A DNA stretch of 64,000 bases from a virus (IMGVR_UViG_3300037067_019204:32001-96000); one strand, 5' to 3'; positions 27,888 to 38,968 are shown, counted from the first letter of the stretch. A program made the numbers and translations. The notes: generated by a model from the sequence alone, not told the origin.

Positions 27888-28427
27888 TTATTCTTGTTCA
27901 CTTAAGTTAAGTGGGATATTGCTATATAATTTATTGGTGTGTAGATTTTCTATTTTATTTTTTATAACGTCCTTTTCATAAGGATCTACAGATTTTTTAT
28001 AATCATTTAAAAGATTATATAATCTTTTTCGTCTTATTAGTTTAATAAGAGTTGACACAAGAGTTGAATCAGGTAAAGGTTGAATAATAACAACATAAGT
28101 GTTATGTTTATAGGCTTTTCTCTTAACTCGTAGCAATCGAGTTTCTTTTAATGAGTTTATTCTATTTCTTTGGGTTCTAATTGTGGTTCCTAAAGCATCA
28201 GCAATAAAATCTAAAGAAACAGATACCTCATTAGTTCTATTTTTCCCCATTAATGCCATATTTTGAAGGAAATAGTATGTTTCTTTATCTTGTGGGGTCA
28301 AATTTTTATAGCCAAGAAGCATAAAAGAGCTTTTATTTGTTAATTCTACCAATAAAATCTCATCCAAAAGTCTATTAAATTTTTTAGACTGGCTTTTTGT
28401 TGTTAGCACAAACCAAGGTATTTTCAT
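27888..28427 (-). CDS. winged-helix (Rep/initiator-like) DNA-binding protein, paralog 1
   Basis: LT..DKETYYFL...VSLDFIADALGTTIRTQRNRINSLKETRLL...NTYVV; next to iteron-like repeats. Confidence 0.6.
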   Translation of the reverse strand: MKIPWFVLTTKSQSKKFNRLLDEILLVELTNKSSFMLLGYKNLTPQDKETYYFLQNMALMGKNRTNEVSVSLDFIADALGTTIRTQRNRINSLKETRLLRVKRKAYKHNTYVVIIQPLPDSTLVSTLIKLIRRKRLYNLLNDYKKSVDPYEKDVIKNKIENLHTNKLYSNIPLNLSEQE

Positions 28428-28488
28428 AAATCATATATACATTTATAGGTTATGAGTGTCAATAAAAAAATTATGAATAATATAAAAA

Positions 28489-28691
28489 GGAAATGGATTT
28501 CCGAATATAGAGAAGTGCCACTTTGCCATATGCGGAAATCCATTTCCCTCAAAAGTGCCATTTTAGAAGTGCCACTTTGCCATATGCGGAAATCCATTTC
28601 CCCCTATATATATCTGTAATATAAAGAATATATATATATGTATTATCTGGGGCACTTTTCAAGTATACAAATTAAGATAGTATCTTAATTT
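28489..28691. repeat. iteron-like repeats, putative replication origin
   Basis: identical 38-bp direct repeats 28511-28548 and 28565-28602; inverted 15-mer 28489-28503; AAGTGCC sub-repeats including an inverted copy at 28651-28659; palindrome 28669-28691; AT-rich flank; gene strand switch. Confidence 0.7.
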
Positions 28692-28901
28692 ATTTAACTA
28701 TTCTAATAAGTCTATATAATACCTCTTTTGAGTAATTTATTTTGTATATTATAATAAATATATAGATAATAATTATTTTATATAATAAAATAATTAATTT
28801 ACTGATTTTTATTTTTTTATTAATTATAAAAAATTGTTCTTGACTAAGATACCTTTTTCTTAGTATTCTTTGTTATTATATATTATAATAGGAGAAAAAG
28901 T

Positions 28902-29840
28902 ATGGATAGACAAGATATCTCTCTTTCCCAATTGGTTATTGATAAAAATCAACCTCGTAAAATTTTTGATGATAATGCAATGCAATCATTAGAAGATTCT
29001 ATTAAATTCAATGGCGTTGATATACCACTCATTGTTCGTCAAAATTTTGGTGAAAAAACTTATACTATTGTGGATGGTGAAAGGCGTTTTCGTGCAGCTA
29101 CTAATCTTAAACTAAAAGATCTTCCATGTCTTATAGAAGATACTGATAAAGCTGATGAGATTGTTATATTTGAGAAACAACTTCGTATAGATTTTCAAAA
29201 AGAAAAATTATCACCAGATGAGCTGGATGAGGCAATTTTTAAATACTGGGAAATGTTAAATAATCTTCCTGAAGAGGAAGTCTCTCGCTTAATGCCTAAA
29301 TCTGGTGATTGGAAAATTCCATATATGTCTCGTAATACTGGAATGTCTTATACTAGAATAGATATGGCTTTGAAAAGAAAAGATTTTAAAGAGCGTAATA
29401 AAGATTTTCATGAAAGATTGAAAAATACAATTGAAAAATCAAATGATCCTTCAAAAGAAAAAAGATATAATCGTATTATAGAGGAAACAGCTAGAATACC
29501 TAAATTAAAAGATGATGATGAAACACGAAAAAAGATTGTGGATAAATATGTTAAAGAAAACATAGATTCTGATAATACCTCTTTAAGAAAAAAACTTGAT
29601 CGTATTTCTAAACTAGAAAAACCAACCAATAAAGATATTAATAAAATATTGGGGGTTGATCTTCTTGGTGATAAAAAAGACAGTGATGGTGTTAAAGAAT
29701 TTAAACGAATTATGTCTAATGTTCGAGATAATCTTTGTGAAATTAAGGATTTTAAAGAATATTTTGGATTAAATGAAGTACCAAAAGAATTAATTAATGA
29801 ATTCAAATCTCTTCTTAAAGAGATTTCTAGTGAGCTATGA
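28902..29840 (+). CDS. parB: ParB/Spo0J-family protein
   Basis: NQPRKIFD...L.DSIK..GV..PLIVR...YTIVDGERRFRAA (GxRR motif). Confidence 0.85.
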   Translation: MDRQDISLSQLVIDKNQPRKIFDDNAMQSLEDSIKFNGVDIPLIVRQNFGEKTYTIVDGERRFRAATNLKLKDLPCLIEDTDKADEIVIFEKQLRIDFQKEKLSPDELDEAIFKYWEMLNNLPEEEVSRLMPKSGDWKIPYMSRNTGMSYTRIDMALKRKDFKERNKDFHERLKNTIEKSNDPSKEKRYNRIIEETARIPKLKDDDETRKKIVDKYVKENIDSDNTSLRKKLDRISKLEKPTNKDINKILGVDLLGDKKDSDGVKEFKRIMSNVRDNLCEIKDFKEYFGLNEVPKELINEFKSLLKEISSEL

Positions 29841-30364
29841 TATCCTTTCAGAAAAAATCAACACCATATAAAGAAAAATGTTTAGATAAATTTTCATCTA
29901 TTTTAGATGCTGATTTTGTATTAGAATTAGCTGATTTTTATAAGAATAAACTTTATTTTGGTGGTTCTAAACATGGTAATCTATCTTTATCAGATAGACG
30001 TATTAGGCATATGGATACTGTTATTAAAGAATTTGATAGTAATAGAATAAAAGTGGCTATGATGGTAGTATCTGATAATATTAAATATGGGAAAACAGAT
30101 AGTACAACAGTACACCCTAATTATTTTGAAAAAGTTCTTAGAAATCCATCTGTTGATGTTTTAGATAAATTAAATGGGGATAAACAAACAGACTTTATAA
30201 ACTCTATACCTATTCCTAAAGAACGTATTTATAATAATTATGAATTTGAATTTTTAAATTGGGTTTATAATTGCCCTAAATGCAAAGAAGTAGTTGATGG
30301 TTGGACTAAAAAATGTCCTAAATGTAGTATTGTTTTTAATTGGAAGGATATTAAAATAAAATGA
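29837..30364 (+). CDS. hypothetical protein with C-terminal zinc ribbon
   Basis: CPKC...CPKC; coupled to parB. Confidence 0.65.
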   Translation: MISFQKKSTPYKEKCLDKFSSILDADFVLELADFYKNKLYFGGSKHGNLSLSDRRIRHMDTVIKEFDSNRIKVAMMVVSDNIKYGKTDSTTVHPNYFEKVLRNPSVDVLDKLNGDKQTDFINSIPIPKERIYNNYEFEFLNWVYNCPKCKEVVDGWTKKCPKCSIVFNWKDIKIK

Positions 30365-31527
30365 TTGAAGTTTCAAATAAAAAAATTCTTGGCTTTGCAG
30401 ATGTACACTTAGGAATAAAAACACATAGTACTCAGCAATCTTCTGGCCTTTTTGATGCAGAAATTGAGGCTCGTATAGCATTAAATGAGATACTAAAACG
30501 TTTTTCGGAAGATGATATAGAAATAGCTATCTGTGCAGGTGATATGTTTCATACGTCTCATCCTACAACTCAAAACAATGAATTTATTACAAGTTGGATT
30601 GAACAGATGGATTTGGTTGGGAAACCTTTTTTAATTATTCCGGGGAATCATTGTGTTAGCACACATTCCCATTCTTTAGAATTTATCTCAGAAATGAAGA
30701 AGTTAGAAAATATTTTTATATATGATGCTTTATCTTATAGAAATATGCCAAAATTTAAATTTTATGATTGGAATATTGTTGTGGTTCCATATATTCAAAA
30801 TTATAATAATAGAGATAAAGATAAATTAACATTTAGTGCTATTAAAGAATCTATAAACAATATACATGATAAAACAATCTTTGTTTCACATATACAAGAA
30901 TCTTCTTGTACTGTTGGTAGTGAATCTACTATGATATCAAAATATGTGGAAACTATAGATTTTAATTCAATTTCTCAAAAAAATATAATAGCCTTAACAG
31001 GGCATATTCATAAGCACCAAATTTATGAAAAAAGAAATGGTACGGTTGTTGTATATCCCGGTTCTTTGTTTTATTTAGACAAAACAGATGCAAATCAAAA
31101 AAAAGGATATGTATTAATAAATAAAGATGGTAAAATTAATTTTGAAGAAATAAAAGGTATAAGAAGGTTTGTATATTATCAAATTCCACCCTTAGTGCAA
31201 CCAATTGAATATCTTAAAAAGATTAGATTTTTAAGAAATCAAGTTGTTTTTCTTTCTGTATCTTTAGATGAAAAAATAGACTCTAATATTATTAGAGAGT
31301 TTTTAAAAATTAAAGGATGCTTACTTGGGAGTATAGAAAACGTTTTTAGTAAAGAACGAAAGTTTAATATTGCAGAAATTTCTTTAGAAAAGAAAAATAA
31401 ATTTTCTGTATTTAAAGATACAGTTCAAATGCTATTAAAAGAAAATAAAATAGATTATGTAGAGGATGTTTTATCAGAAGGAATTTTATTATTAGAAGAG
31501 GTACTTAAAGATGTTGACACAAAGTGA
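30361..31527 (+). CDS. sbcD: SbcD/Mre11-like nuclease
   Basis: ADVHLG, AGDMFH, PGNHC, SH, LTGHIHKHQ, YPGS. Confidence 0.9.
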   Translation: MIEVSNKKILGFADVHLGIKTHSTQQSSGLFDAEIEARIALNEILKRFSEDDIEIAICAGDMFHTSHPTTQNNEFITSWIEQMDLVGKPFLIIPGNHCVSTHSHSLEFISEMKKLENIFIYDALSYRNMPKFKFYDWNIVVVPYIQNYNNRDKDKLTFSAIKESINNIHDKTIFVSHIQESSCTVGSESTMISKYVETIDFNSISQKNIIALTGHIHKHQIYEKRNGTVVVYPGSLFYLDKTDANQKKGYVLINKDGKINFEEIKGIRRFVYYQIPPLVQPIEYLKKIRFLRNQVVFLSVSLDEKIDSNIIREFLKIKGCLLGSIENVFSKERKFNIAEISLEKKNKFSVFKDTVQMLLKENKIDYVEDVLSEGILLLEEVLKDVDTK

Positions 31528-33136
31528 AGTTAATATAAAATTAATAAAAGCAATAAAAGATAATAATGCACCAGATTTAAGGGGCCTACTTGCAGGTAAT
31601 TATTTAAATATTGGTGATCCACCAGCTGATCCTAACTCAAGAGATTTTGATGGTAAAACAGCATTAATGGTATCTGCTTGTGTAAATACCAGTAGTCCAG
31701 CTCAAATTACAATTACAACATATCTTATTAATAATGGTGCTAACCCAAATTTAATAAATGAATCTGATAGAGGTGCTACAGCTTTAATATATGCTGCAGA
31801 AAATGATAAGTTGTCTATATTAGATGCATTAATTACAGGAGGTGCTAGTTATAAACCAATAACTACAGATAATGGATTTACAGCATTACTATGGGCAGTA
31901 TATAGAAATAATAAAAATGCATCATTGTTTCTTGCTGGTTTAAATGGGTTGAAAAATATTAAAGGTAATGCAAAATGGTTAGATTCTGCAGAAAAAATAC
32001 AATATGGTACATGGTGGGATGCTTTGAATTTTGCTATTTATTTACAAAATCTTGATGCTTTAGATGGTTTAATTTGTTCTAATGTGTTTGATGTTAATCA
32101 AAGAGATTCAAATAATCATTCAAAAACAGCTTTAATGTTTGCTATTGAAAATAAAAAATATGAATCAGTTAATCGTTTGATTGAGTTGGGTGCTAACACA
32201 GCATCTCGTGATGATTTGGGTAGAACACCACTTTATTTTGCATCAGAATTAGGTGATTTAGAAACAGTATTTATGTTATTGGGGTCCAATGTTTCAATAA
32301 TAGATAAACCAGATGTTCTTGGTAAAACACCTCTTATGGTTGCTTCTGAAAAGGGATTTAGTACTATAGTTGATTTTTTAATTAAAAATGGGGCATCAGT
32401 GTCTTTAAAAGATATTTCTGGTAAGAATGCTTTAATGTTTGCTTCTAAAAATGGAAATTTAGAGGTTGTTAAACTACTTGTGGAAGCTGGGATTCCTATA
32501 GAAGCTAAAGATTTTTCTGGAAACACAGCATTAATTCTTGCAGCACCTATGACTTCTGGTGGCTATAAAGATATTGTTGAATATTTTATTGATAATAATG
32601 CTAATATTAATTCTAAAAATAATCAATACCAAACTATTTTAATGTGGGCAGCAAAAAAAGATTATACAGATTTATTGGAAAAATTGCTTGCTAAAGGAGC
32701 AAGTTTTGACTTAAAAGATGCAAATACTTGGATGGCTATTGATTGGGCAATAGAGTGGGGTAATACTAAATCTGTTGATATATTAAGAGCTTATTCAAAC
32801 CCAAATCCAGAAATAGATATAGATTCTTCAGGATTAGAAATTATTAATGGGAAAACAATTTTTTCTTTTGTTGATAAAGAAAAAGATACTCCTATTAAAT
32901 TTACAATAAAAAACAATGGTTATAGGGATTTAGTTATAAAAAGTATAACTTCAGATAATTATTCTTTTGTTATTAATTCAACAAATACAATTAATCTTCT
33001 TGAAAAACACAAAAGTACAACTTTTACTGTTAAATTTGTTCCTACTGAAACAGGAACAGTTGTGGGGAATATTTCTATAATAAATAATGACCCTGATGAA
33101 TCTAATTTTACTTTTGGGTGTGTTGGGATGGCATAA
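31511..33136 (+). CDS. ankyrin-repeat protein with C-terminal Ig-like (ASH/choice-of-anchor-D-like) domain
   Basis: about ten G.T(A/P)L..A repeats; C-terminal FTIKNNG..DLVI...FTVKFVPT..G...G.ISI.NNDPDE..FTF. Confidence 0.88.
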   Translation: MLTQSEVNIKLIKAIKDNNAPDLRGLLAGNYLNIGDPPADPNSRDFDGKTALMVSACVNTSSPAQITITTYLINNGANPNLINESDRGATALIYAAENDKLSILDALITGGASYKPITTDNGFTALLWAVYRNNKNASLFLAGLNGLKNIKGNAKWLDSAEKIQYGTWWDALNFAIYLQNLDALDGLICSNVFDVNQRDSNNHSKTALMFAIENKKYESVNRLIELGANTASRDDLGRTPLYFASELGDLETVFMLLGSNVSIIDKPDVLGKTPLMVASEKGFSTIVDFLIKNGASVSLKDISGKNALMFASKNGNLEVVKLLVEAGIPIEAKDFSGNTALILAAPMTSGGYKDIVEYFIDNNANINSKNNQYQTILMWAAKKDYTDLLEKLLAKGASFDLKDANTWMAIDWAIEWGNTKSVDILRAYSNPNPEIDIDSSGLEIINGKTIFSFVDKEKDTPIKFTIKNNGYRDLVIKSITSDNYSFVINSTNTINLLEKHKSTTFTVKFVPTETGTVVGNISIINNDPDESNFTFGCVGMA

Positions 33137-35235
33137 TGGGTATTAATATAATTGAATTACAGGGATTTGGATCATATAGATATTATACTAAAATAAATTT
33201 TCCTCCTTCTGGATTAATTGGTATAATAGGCGCATATGATTCTAATCCATTAAAAAGCAATGGGAGTGGTAAAACCACTCTTATTTCATCTATTTTATAT
33301 GCTTTTTTTGGAGAGGGTGAATTTTCTAGAAAAGATGAGCTTGTAAATGATTTTCTTTTTAATGAAGATATGTTTGTTAAAATTCATTCTACTTTTTCTG
33401 GAAATAATTACGTTATAGAACGTGGTATTAAAACTAGTGGTAGTTCTTATTTAGAATTTAAAGAAAATGGAGTTTCAAAAGGAAAAAGCATACAAGAATG
33501 TAATAAAGCTATAATAGATGTTTTGGGACGAGATTATGATATGCTTACAGCTTCTTGTTTTTTTGAACAAGGAAATATAGATAAATTTATAAATATTAGT
33601 CCTGAACCAAGACGACAATATATTGATAAAATTTTGGGTTTAGAAGAATGGAGAAGAATTCTTAAATTAACTATTAAGAAATATAAAAATTCTGAGGTTG
33701 CAGTTACAAACATAAAAAAAATAATTGATGGTCTTCAAACGGAACATTCTTTAGTAGAATCACGGTTATTACTAAAAAATGATGCAGAAAACAAAGTTTT
33801 CTTTTTTAAAAAAGAATTAGAAGATAAAAGAAATGTATTACAGTCTTTGGAGAAATCAATCAATTATATTAATGATTTAACTAGAATTGAGAAAGAAATA
33901 AAAACAAAATCAGAACATATAGAAAATAAAATAAAAGATTTTAATATCTATCAAAATGACATAAGTTCTTTATCTACTGAAATTGATAATGTGACTGAAA
34001 ATATTATTATGTGTTCTGCTAATAAAGAACATATAGATAAATTACAAAATGATGTTCTCTTATTAGAGAATAGTATAAAAGAATTAGAGACAAAAAATGA
34101 TACTATCACAAATAAAATTACTTTCTATAAAGTTGAGGAATCAAGAATAAAACAGATAATACTTAATCATGAGAAAATGAAAAAAAATTTAATAGAAGGT
34201 ATTTGCCCAACTTGTAAACAAAATATAACAAATGTATATGTTTCTGAAAAACATTCAGAATATGATTTAATTATAAAAAATAATAAAATTATTATTGACA
34301 ATAATAACAAAGAGTTAGAAACTCTAATCAAAGAACAGGAAAAGACTAATTTAGATAAAAGTATTAATAAAGATCTTATTAAAGATTTACAAGAAAAAAT
34401 TAGATTAAAAGAATCTAAAAAAGGAATTCTTGAAAATAATAGAATAAAACTTCTTACTGAATTTAATTTAAAAACAGAGGAAATAGATAAATTAAGTAAT
34501 GAAATTAATTTTATTAATACTGAAATAAAAAATTTGATTTTAGAAAAAGAGGATATAAAAAATAAAATACCAGAGGGTGTTCATACACAAATTTTAGAAA
34601 TAAAAAAAGATATCTTTGAAAAAGAAAAATTATTAGAGGATTGTACTATACAATTAGGACAATTTGTTGAATTAGAAAATTCATTTAAATGTTTAAGTAA
34701 CACACTTGATGATACAAAAGAATCCTTAAAAAAGGGAGAAAAATCATTATATATTTATAATACTTTATCTAATATTTTTCAAGAAATTATAAGTTCTATT
34801 TTTGAACAATCAATTGATGATATTAAAACTGTATCTAATAATATAATACATCAGATTATACCAGATGTTTCTGTTAATATATATGAGGATGGTTCTAAAC
34901 AAAATAAACTTATTATTGATTTTGATGTTAATGGAAAATCAAGAAGTTATAAAAGACTTTCTGGTGGTCAACAAACAATAGTAAACATTGGTCTTCGTTT
35001 AGGATTTTCTAAAGTTATAAAAGAATGGGCAAACACTGATGTTGGGTTTGTTGTCTTAGATGAGCCTTTTGGTTCTTTAGATAAAGAAAATAGAGAATTG
35101 GTTAAAAGATTATTAACAAATATGTTAGATTGGTTTGAACAAGTATTTGTAATTTCTCATGTTGAAAGTATAGATGAGTTTCCTAATGTTGTATTAGTGA
35201 GAATGTCACCTGAAGGGTTTAGTTATATTGAATAA
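33136..35235 (+). CDS. sbcC: SbcC/Rad50-like ATPase
   Basis: NGSGKTT, Q-loop FEQG, CPTC zinc hook, LSGG, LDEPFGSLD, VISH; ATG 33136 overlaps the upstream TAA. Confidence 0.92.
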   Translation: MGINIIELQGFGSYRYYTKINFPPSGLIGIIGAYDSNPLKSNGSGKTTLISSILYAFFGEGEFSRKDELVNDFLFNEDMFVKIHSTFSGNNYVIERGIKTSGSSYLEFKENGVSKGKSIQECNKAIIDVLGRDYDMLTASCFFEQGNIDKFINISPEPRRQYIDKILGLEEWRRILKLTIKKYKNSEVAVTNIKKIIDGLQTEHSLVESRLLLKNDAENKVFFFKKELEDKRNVLQSLEKSINYINDLTRIEKEIKTKSEHIENKIKDFNIYQNDISSLSTEIDNVTENIIMCSANKEHIDKLQNDVLLLENSIKELETKNDTITNKITFYKVEESRIKQIILNHEKMKKNLIEGICPTCKQNITNVYVSEKHSEYDLIIKNNKIIIDNNNKELETLIKEQEKTNLDKSINKDLIKDLQEKIRLKESKKGILENNRIKLLTEFNLKTEEIDKLSNEINFINTEIKNLILEKEDIKNKIPEGVHTQILEIKKDIFEKEKLLEDCTIQLGQFVELENSFKCLSNTLDDTKESLKKGEKSLYIYNTLSNIFQEIISSIFEQSIDDIKTVSNNIIHQIIPDVSVNIYEDGSKQNKLIIDFDVNGKSRSYKRLSGGQQTIVNIGLRLGFSKVIKEWANTDVGFVVLDEPFGSLDKENRELVKRLLTNMLDWFEQVFVISHVESIDEFPNVVLVRMSPEGFSYIE

Positions 35236-35237
35236 TA

Positions 35238-35259
35238 ACGATTTCGGAGCCATAAACGT
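35238..35259. repeat. 22-bp dispersed palindrome copy 4
   Basis: ACGATTTCGGAGCCATAAACGT, identical to copy 3. Confidence 0.8.
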
Positions 35260-35288
35260 TTTTGTTATAAGTAAAAAAGGAGGATTAT

Positions 35289-36767
35289 ATGATATTAACT
35301 AAAATTTATGAAGAATTTGTTGAAACAACATCATTACGAGATGGTTTATATAAAACTGTTTTTTCCAGAATTTGGGAAGTTTTAGATAAAATAAAAGATA
35401 TTAAATGGATAAAATTAAAATATACAATTGATGATAAAGAATATATTACTGATTTTACCACAACAAGAACTGTCCCTCTTTACATTGTAGAGATTATACA
35501 AAATTTAATAGATAAATCATATTCTTTTCCAGAAAATAGTACTGTATTTCTAGATGTAGAATACAAAGGAATTCCTTATATAATAAAATGTATTAATGAT
35601 AAAATACTTATTCCTGAAGAATTAGAATTTATAAGAGAGATGAACATTTTTAGATTTTTTTTGGTTACTAAAAAAGTCTTTGATGTTTTTTCAGAGTTTG
35701 ATGATATTTTTAGCTTTGTTAATAATTTTAAAACAAAAATAAATAGTGTGTATATACCCCTTCAAAAACAATTTGATAAAAAATTGGCAAAGGAACGAAT
35801 AGACTTGGGAGAAATTTCTACAGAGAAGGTTGCATCTACTCAATCATTAGTTGAGAATCTTAAGAACAGTAGGAAAGATGTATTATCTAATATAGAATCT
35901 TTAAGAGAGTCCAAAGAAAGATTAATTTCTGATAAAAATAATATATCTAAAGCTGTTAGATCTAGAAGGGGTTTGGAAGCAGAACGTGATTCTTTAAAAC
36001 TTGAACATGAAAGTCTTAAAGAAATATATACAGATTACAAAACAAAATTTGATAAAACAGTAGATTTAATTTCTGAAGTTGATGTTGAACTTGAGGGACT
36101 TGTTTATTTAAAGACAAACAATTCCAATGAATATAATGAAGAGTTTCATAATTTTCTTTTGGATAGGAAAGAGTTAATTGTAAAAGATAAAAATTTGTTA
36201 ATATCTATGGCTACTGATACTAAAGGATTAATGGATTCTATTTCGGTTAGATTAATCTCTTTAGGAAATATGATAAGAAAAATAGAAAATTATTCTGAGG
36301 CTGATATAATATCTCTTACAGATAAAATAGAGGAGAAAGAAAAAAAATTAAATGATTCTTTTATTGCTCTAACATCAATGGATAATGAAATAAAACATCA
36401 AACAAGTAAATCAATTTCTGAAAGAATAGAAGTTGAATCTACTCGTACTGAAAAAAATATGCACACTTATTCAGTTGGAATAGATGATATAGAAAAGAAA
36501 GATATTACTGATCATTTATTTACTTCGCTTCAACCAACATCAGTTACAGTTGTTATGAATTATTTGAGATATTATTTTGCGTATCATACTACTAAAATTG
36601 CGGCAGGGTTGGTTGATACTTATCCAAAACTTGATTCTTCAATATTGCAAGCTATAGCATGCAAGTTAGTTTTAGCAAAAAATTTTGGGATATCATATAG
36701 TAATATTTTTTCTTATGTAAATTTTGTAGATAGTCGTATTGATAAACTTATTCTCATTAAGGATTAA
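35289..36767 (+). CDS. coiled-coil hypothetical protein
   Basis: AGGAGG RBS; heptad-rich central region. Confidence 0.7.
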   Translation: MILTKIYEEFVETTSLRDGLYKTVFSRIWEVLDKIKDIKWIKLKYTIDDKEYITDFTTTRTVPLYIVEIIQNLIDKSYSFPENSTVFLDVEYKGIPYIIKCINDKILIPEELEFIREMNIFRFFLVTKKVFDVFSEFDDIFSFVNNFKTKINSVYIPLQKQFDKKLAKERIDLGEISTEKVASTQSLVENLKNSRKDVLSNIESLRESKERLISDKNNISKAVRSRRGLEAERDSLKLEHESLKEIYTDYKTKFDKTVDLISEVDVELEGLVYLKTNNSNEYNEEFHNFLLDRKELIVKDKNLLISMATDTKGLMDSISVRLISLGNMIRKIENYSEADIISLTDKIEEKEKKLNDSFIALTSMDNEIKHQTSKSISERIEVESTRTEKNMHTYSVGIDDIEKKDITDHLFTSLQPTSVTVVMNYLRYYFAYHTTKIAAGLVDTYPKLDSSILQAIACKLVLAKNFGISYSNIFSYVNFVDSRIDKLILIKD

Positions 36768-36771
36768 TAAT

Positions 36772-37170
36772 ATGATTCCTTTTTTTAGAAAATTATTTAA
36801 TAGGAAAGAACGATCTACAAAAAATTTTGTTAAAAATATTACCAAAATGTCTTCTTTATCAGAAGAAATAAAAATTAGGGCAAATGAATTGAATACTATT
36901 GAATATAATATACTATTGGAAGATAAGGATAATGTTTATATATCGTTATCTGATTTTATTGATATAACTAAAGTATCTAATATTAAAATAGAAGATGTTA
37001 TATTAAAATTTAAACATATTACTGAATTAAAAACAGAAAATTCTTCTACAATAGAAATATATGCTATACCAGAAGATGGTCATATTGTTTTATGTCCAGA
37101 TATAAAAGAATGTGAACGCCATAAAGATTATAAAGGCGAAAAAACAAAAATAACAAGTATACGGAGATAA
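36772..37170 (+). CDS. hypothetical protein
   Basis: ORF 36739..37170; likelier ATG 36772. Confidence 0.55.
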   Translation: MIPFFRKLFNRKERSTKNFVKNITKMSSLSEEIKIRANELNTIEYNILLEDKDNVYISLSDFIDITKVSNIKIEDVILKFKHITELKTENSSTIEIYAIPEDGHIVLCPDIKECERHKDYKGEKTKITSIRR

Positions 37171-37172
37171 TA

Positions 37173-37964
37173 GTGGATTCCAGTACAGGCCCAATTGTAT
37201 TATATGATAACAATAATCAAGTTTCTGTTGGGGAAACAGAGGGTTATGGGCATACACTAAGACATGGCACTCTTTGTCTTATTTGTCAAAGACCTGATCT
37301 AAATGAAGTAAATCTTATGAGGGCAAGAGATTTAATGACTTATAAGCAAATATCTGATATAAAAAAAATTAGTGTAGATACTTTAGATTTACATTTTAGA
37401 AATCATTTTATTGTTAGAGAAAGTCGCCAGAAATTTTTAGATATAAAAGAACATGGTAATCCAAATGCAATTAGTCTAATTGCAAAGATATTTGAAGGTG
37501 AACTTGATATTAATGCTGGGGCAAGAGGAGTCCTTGAATCTAAAGCAGAGCGTCTTACTTATATAAGAAGTAGGATGCATGTTTTAACAGATAGACAAGA
37601 GATATCAGAACCAGATGAAGTTGCTATAGAAGAATTGCGTGATTTAAACAGGTTAGCGGAAGATATAGAAAATTCTATTTTAAAAGCATGGCAAATAGTT
37701 GATAAAAAAATGTTTCCATTTAAAAAAGAAGTATTGCAGGATGCTATTATAGAATATAAGCTAGATGTTGCAGTTAAAACTTTAGAAAAAGTACAATTAG
37801 CACTTATGGGTATTGAAATAGAGGAGCCAGACTCTCGTGATTTAATATTTAAAATTAGAAAGCGTCTTGCATCTTTATTTAATCAAATAGAAGAAGAAAT
37901 ATTAAAAACTGGTGGTGTTATTACACCAAAAGTAGTAAATCATAATGATACTGATTATAAGTAA
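37173..37964 (+). CDS. Zn-finger/HTH protein, possible terminase small subunit
   Basis: CLIC...MTYKQIS...LDLHFRNH followed by a helical region. Confidence 0.4.
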   Translation: MDSSTGPIVLYDNNNQVSVGETEGYGHTLRHGTLCLICQRPDLNEVNLMRARDLMTYKQISDIKKISVDTLDLHFRNHFIVRESRQKFLDIKEHGNPNAISLIAKIFEGELDINAGARGVLESKAERLTYIRSRMHVLTDRQEISEPDEVAIEELRDLNRLAEDIENSILKAWQIVDKKMFPFKKEVLQDAIIEYKLDVAVKTLEKVQLALMGIEIEEPDSRDLIFKIRKRLASLFNQIEEEILKTGGVITPKVVNHNDTDYK

Positions 37965-38015
37965 TACAATACTATTCAAATGAAACCAATTTTAGAATAA
38001 AAGGATTCAGGAGTA

Positions 38016-38900
38016 GTGGAAATGTCAAGAAGAAATAATAAATTGTTGTATATAGATGATATGAACGTAACAAATAGAACAAAAAAGAAACGTTCAGGAG
38101 ATATTCTTATGCCACAACCAAAAACAAAATACGTACCTCCACCGGAGATTGCTTATAAGGGCAATAATATAATATTAAAAACCATAGTTCTTATTCTTTA
38201 TAAAATAAGAATTTCCTCTATTTACTATAAAATAAATAAAGTTATTAATTTTCTTTCTTTAAAACAAGTAAGTTGGTTATCTTTTGTTGTTTTTATATTA
38301 ATAACTGCGGGAGCAGCAACTTTTGCTTATAATAACACTGGATTAAACAGAATATATATTAAACCTCATGCATTCTCAGCATCTCAAAAAATTGATAAAT
38401 TATATCAATCTTGGTTTTATTACAATCATTTAATGACAAAAAAAGAGTTTATGGAAGTGTGGATTGATTTATTTGCTGATTCTAAATATATGCATGGTGC
38501 AAATCTTCCAAAAGGAAGATATGATTGTATTGGTGCAGTAGCAACAGCTTTACAATATTTTGGTGCAAATATTCAAAAAATGAGCATACCTTCATTAGTA
38601 TCTTTGTGTGAGAATTATAGACAAAAAAAAGAATTGGATAAAAGAACCAATTACAATAAAGTTAAACTTGGTGATATTATTATTATCCAAACACAACCAA
38701 ATTCTCCTTCGCATGTTGGTTTGGTTTGGGGAACTAATAATGGGTGGGTAGAATATGTAGATGAAAATGTGAGACCTATGGGAATGGGGTTTGAACATGA
38801 ACGATGGGGTAGTGGAAGAATATATGCAATATATGAACTTTCATTTCCTTTATGGGCTGGAAATATTTTAAAAGAATGTGGTGAGAGACCTGTTAGATAA
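38016..38900 (+). CDS. membrane-anchored NlpC/P60/CHAP-like hydrolase
   Basis: TM segment, YDCIGAV (Cys), GDIII, SHVGLV (His). Confidence 0.6.
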   Translation: MEMSRRNNKLLYIDDMNVTNRTKKKRSGDILMPQPKTKYVPPPEIAYKGNNIILKTIVLILYKIRISSIYYKINKVINFLSLKQVSWLSFVVFILITAGAATFAYNNTGLNRIYIKPHAFSASQKIDKLYQSWFYYNHLMTKKEFMEVWIDLFADSKYMHGANLPKGRYDCIGAVATALQYFGANIQKMSIPSLVSLCENYRQKKELDKRTNYNKVKLGDIIIIQTQPNSPSHVGLVWGTNNGWVEYVDENVRPMGMGFEHERWGSGRIYAIYELSFPLWAGNILKECGERPVR

Positions 38901-38968
38901 TATGATACAGATATGTAAAGGCATATTTATATAATCATATATAAATTAGTAATAAAAAGGAGTTTTTA

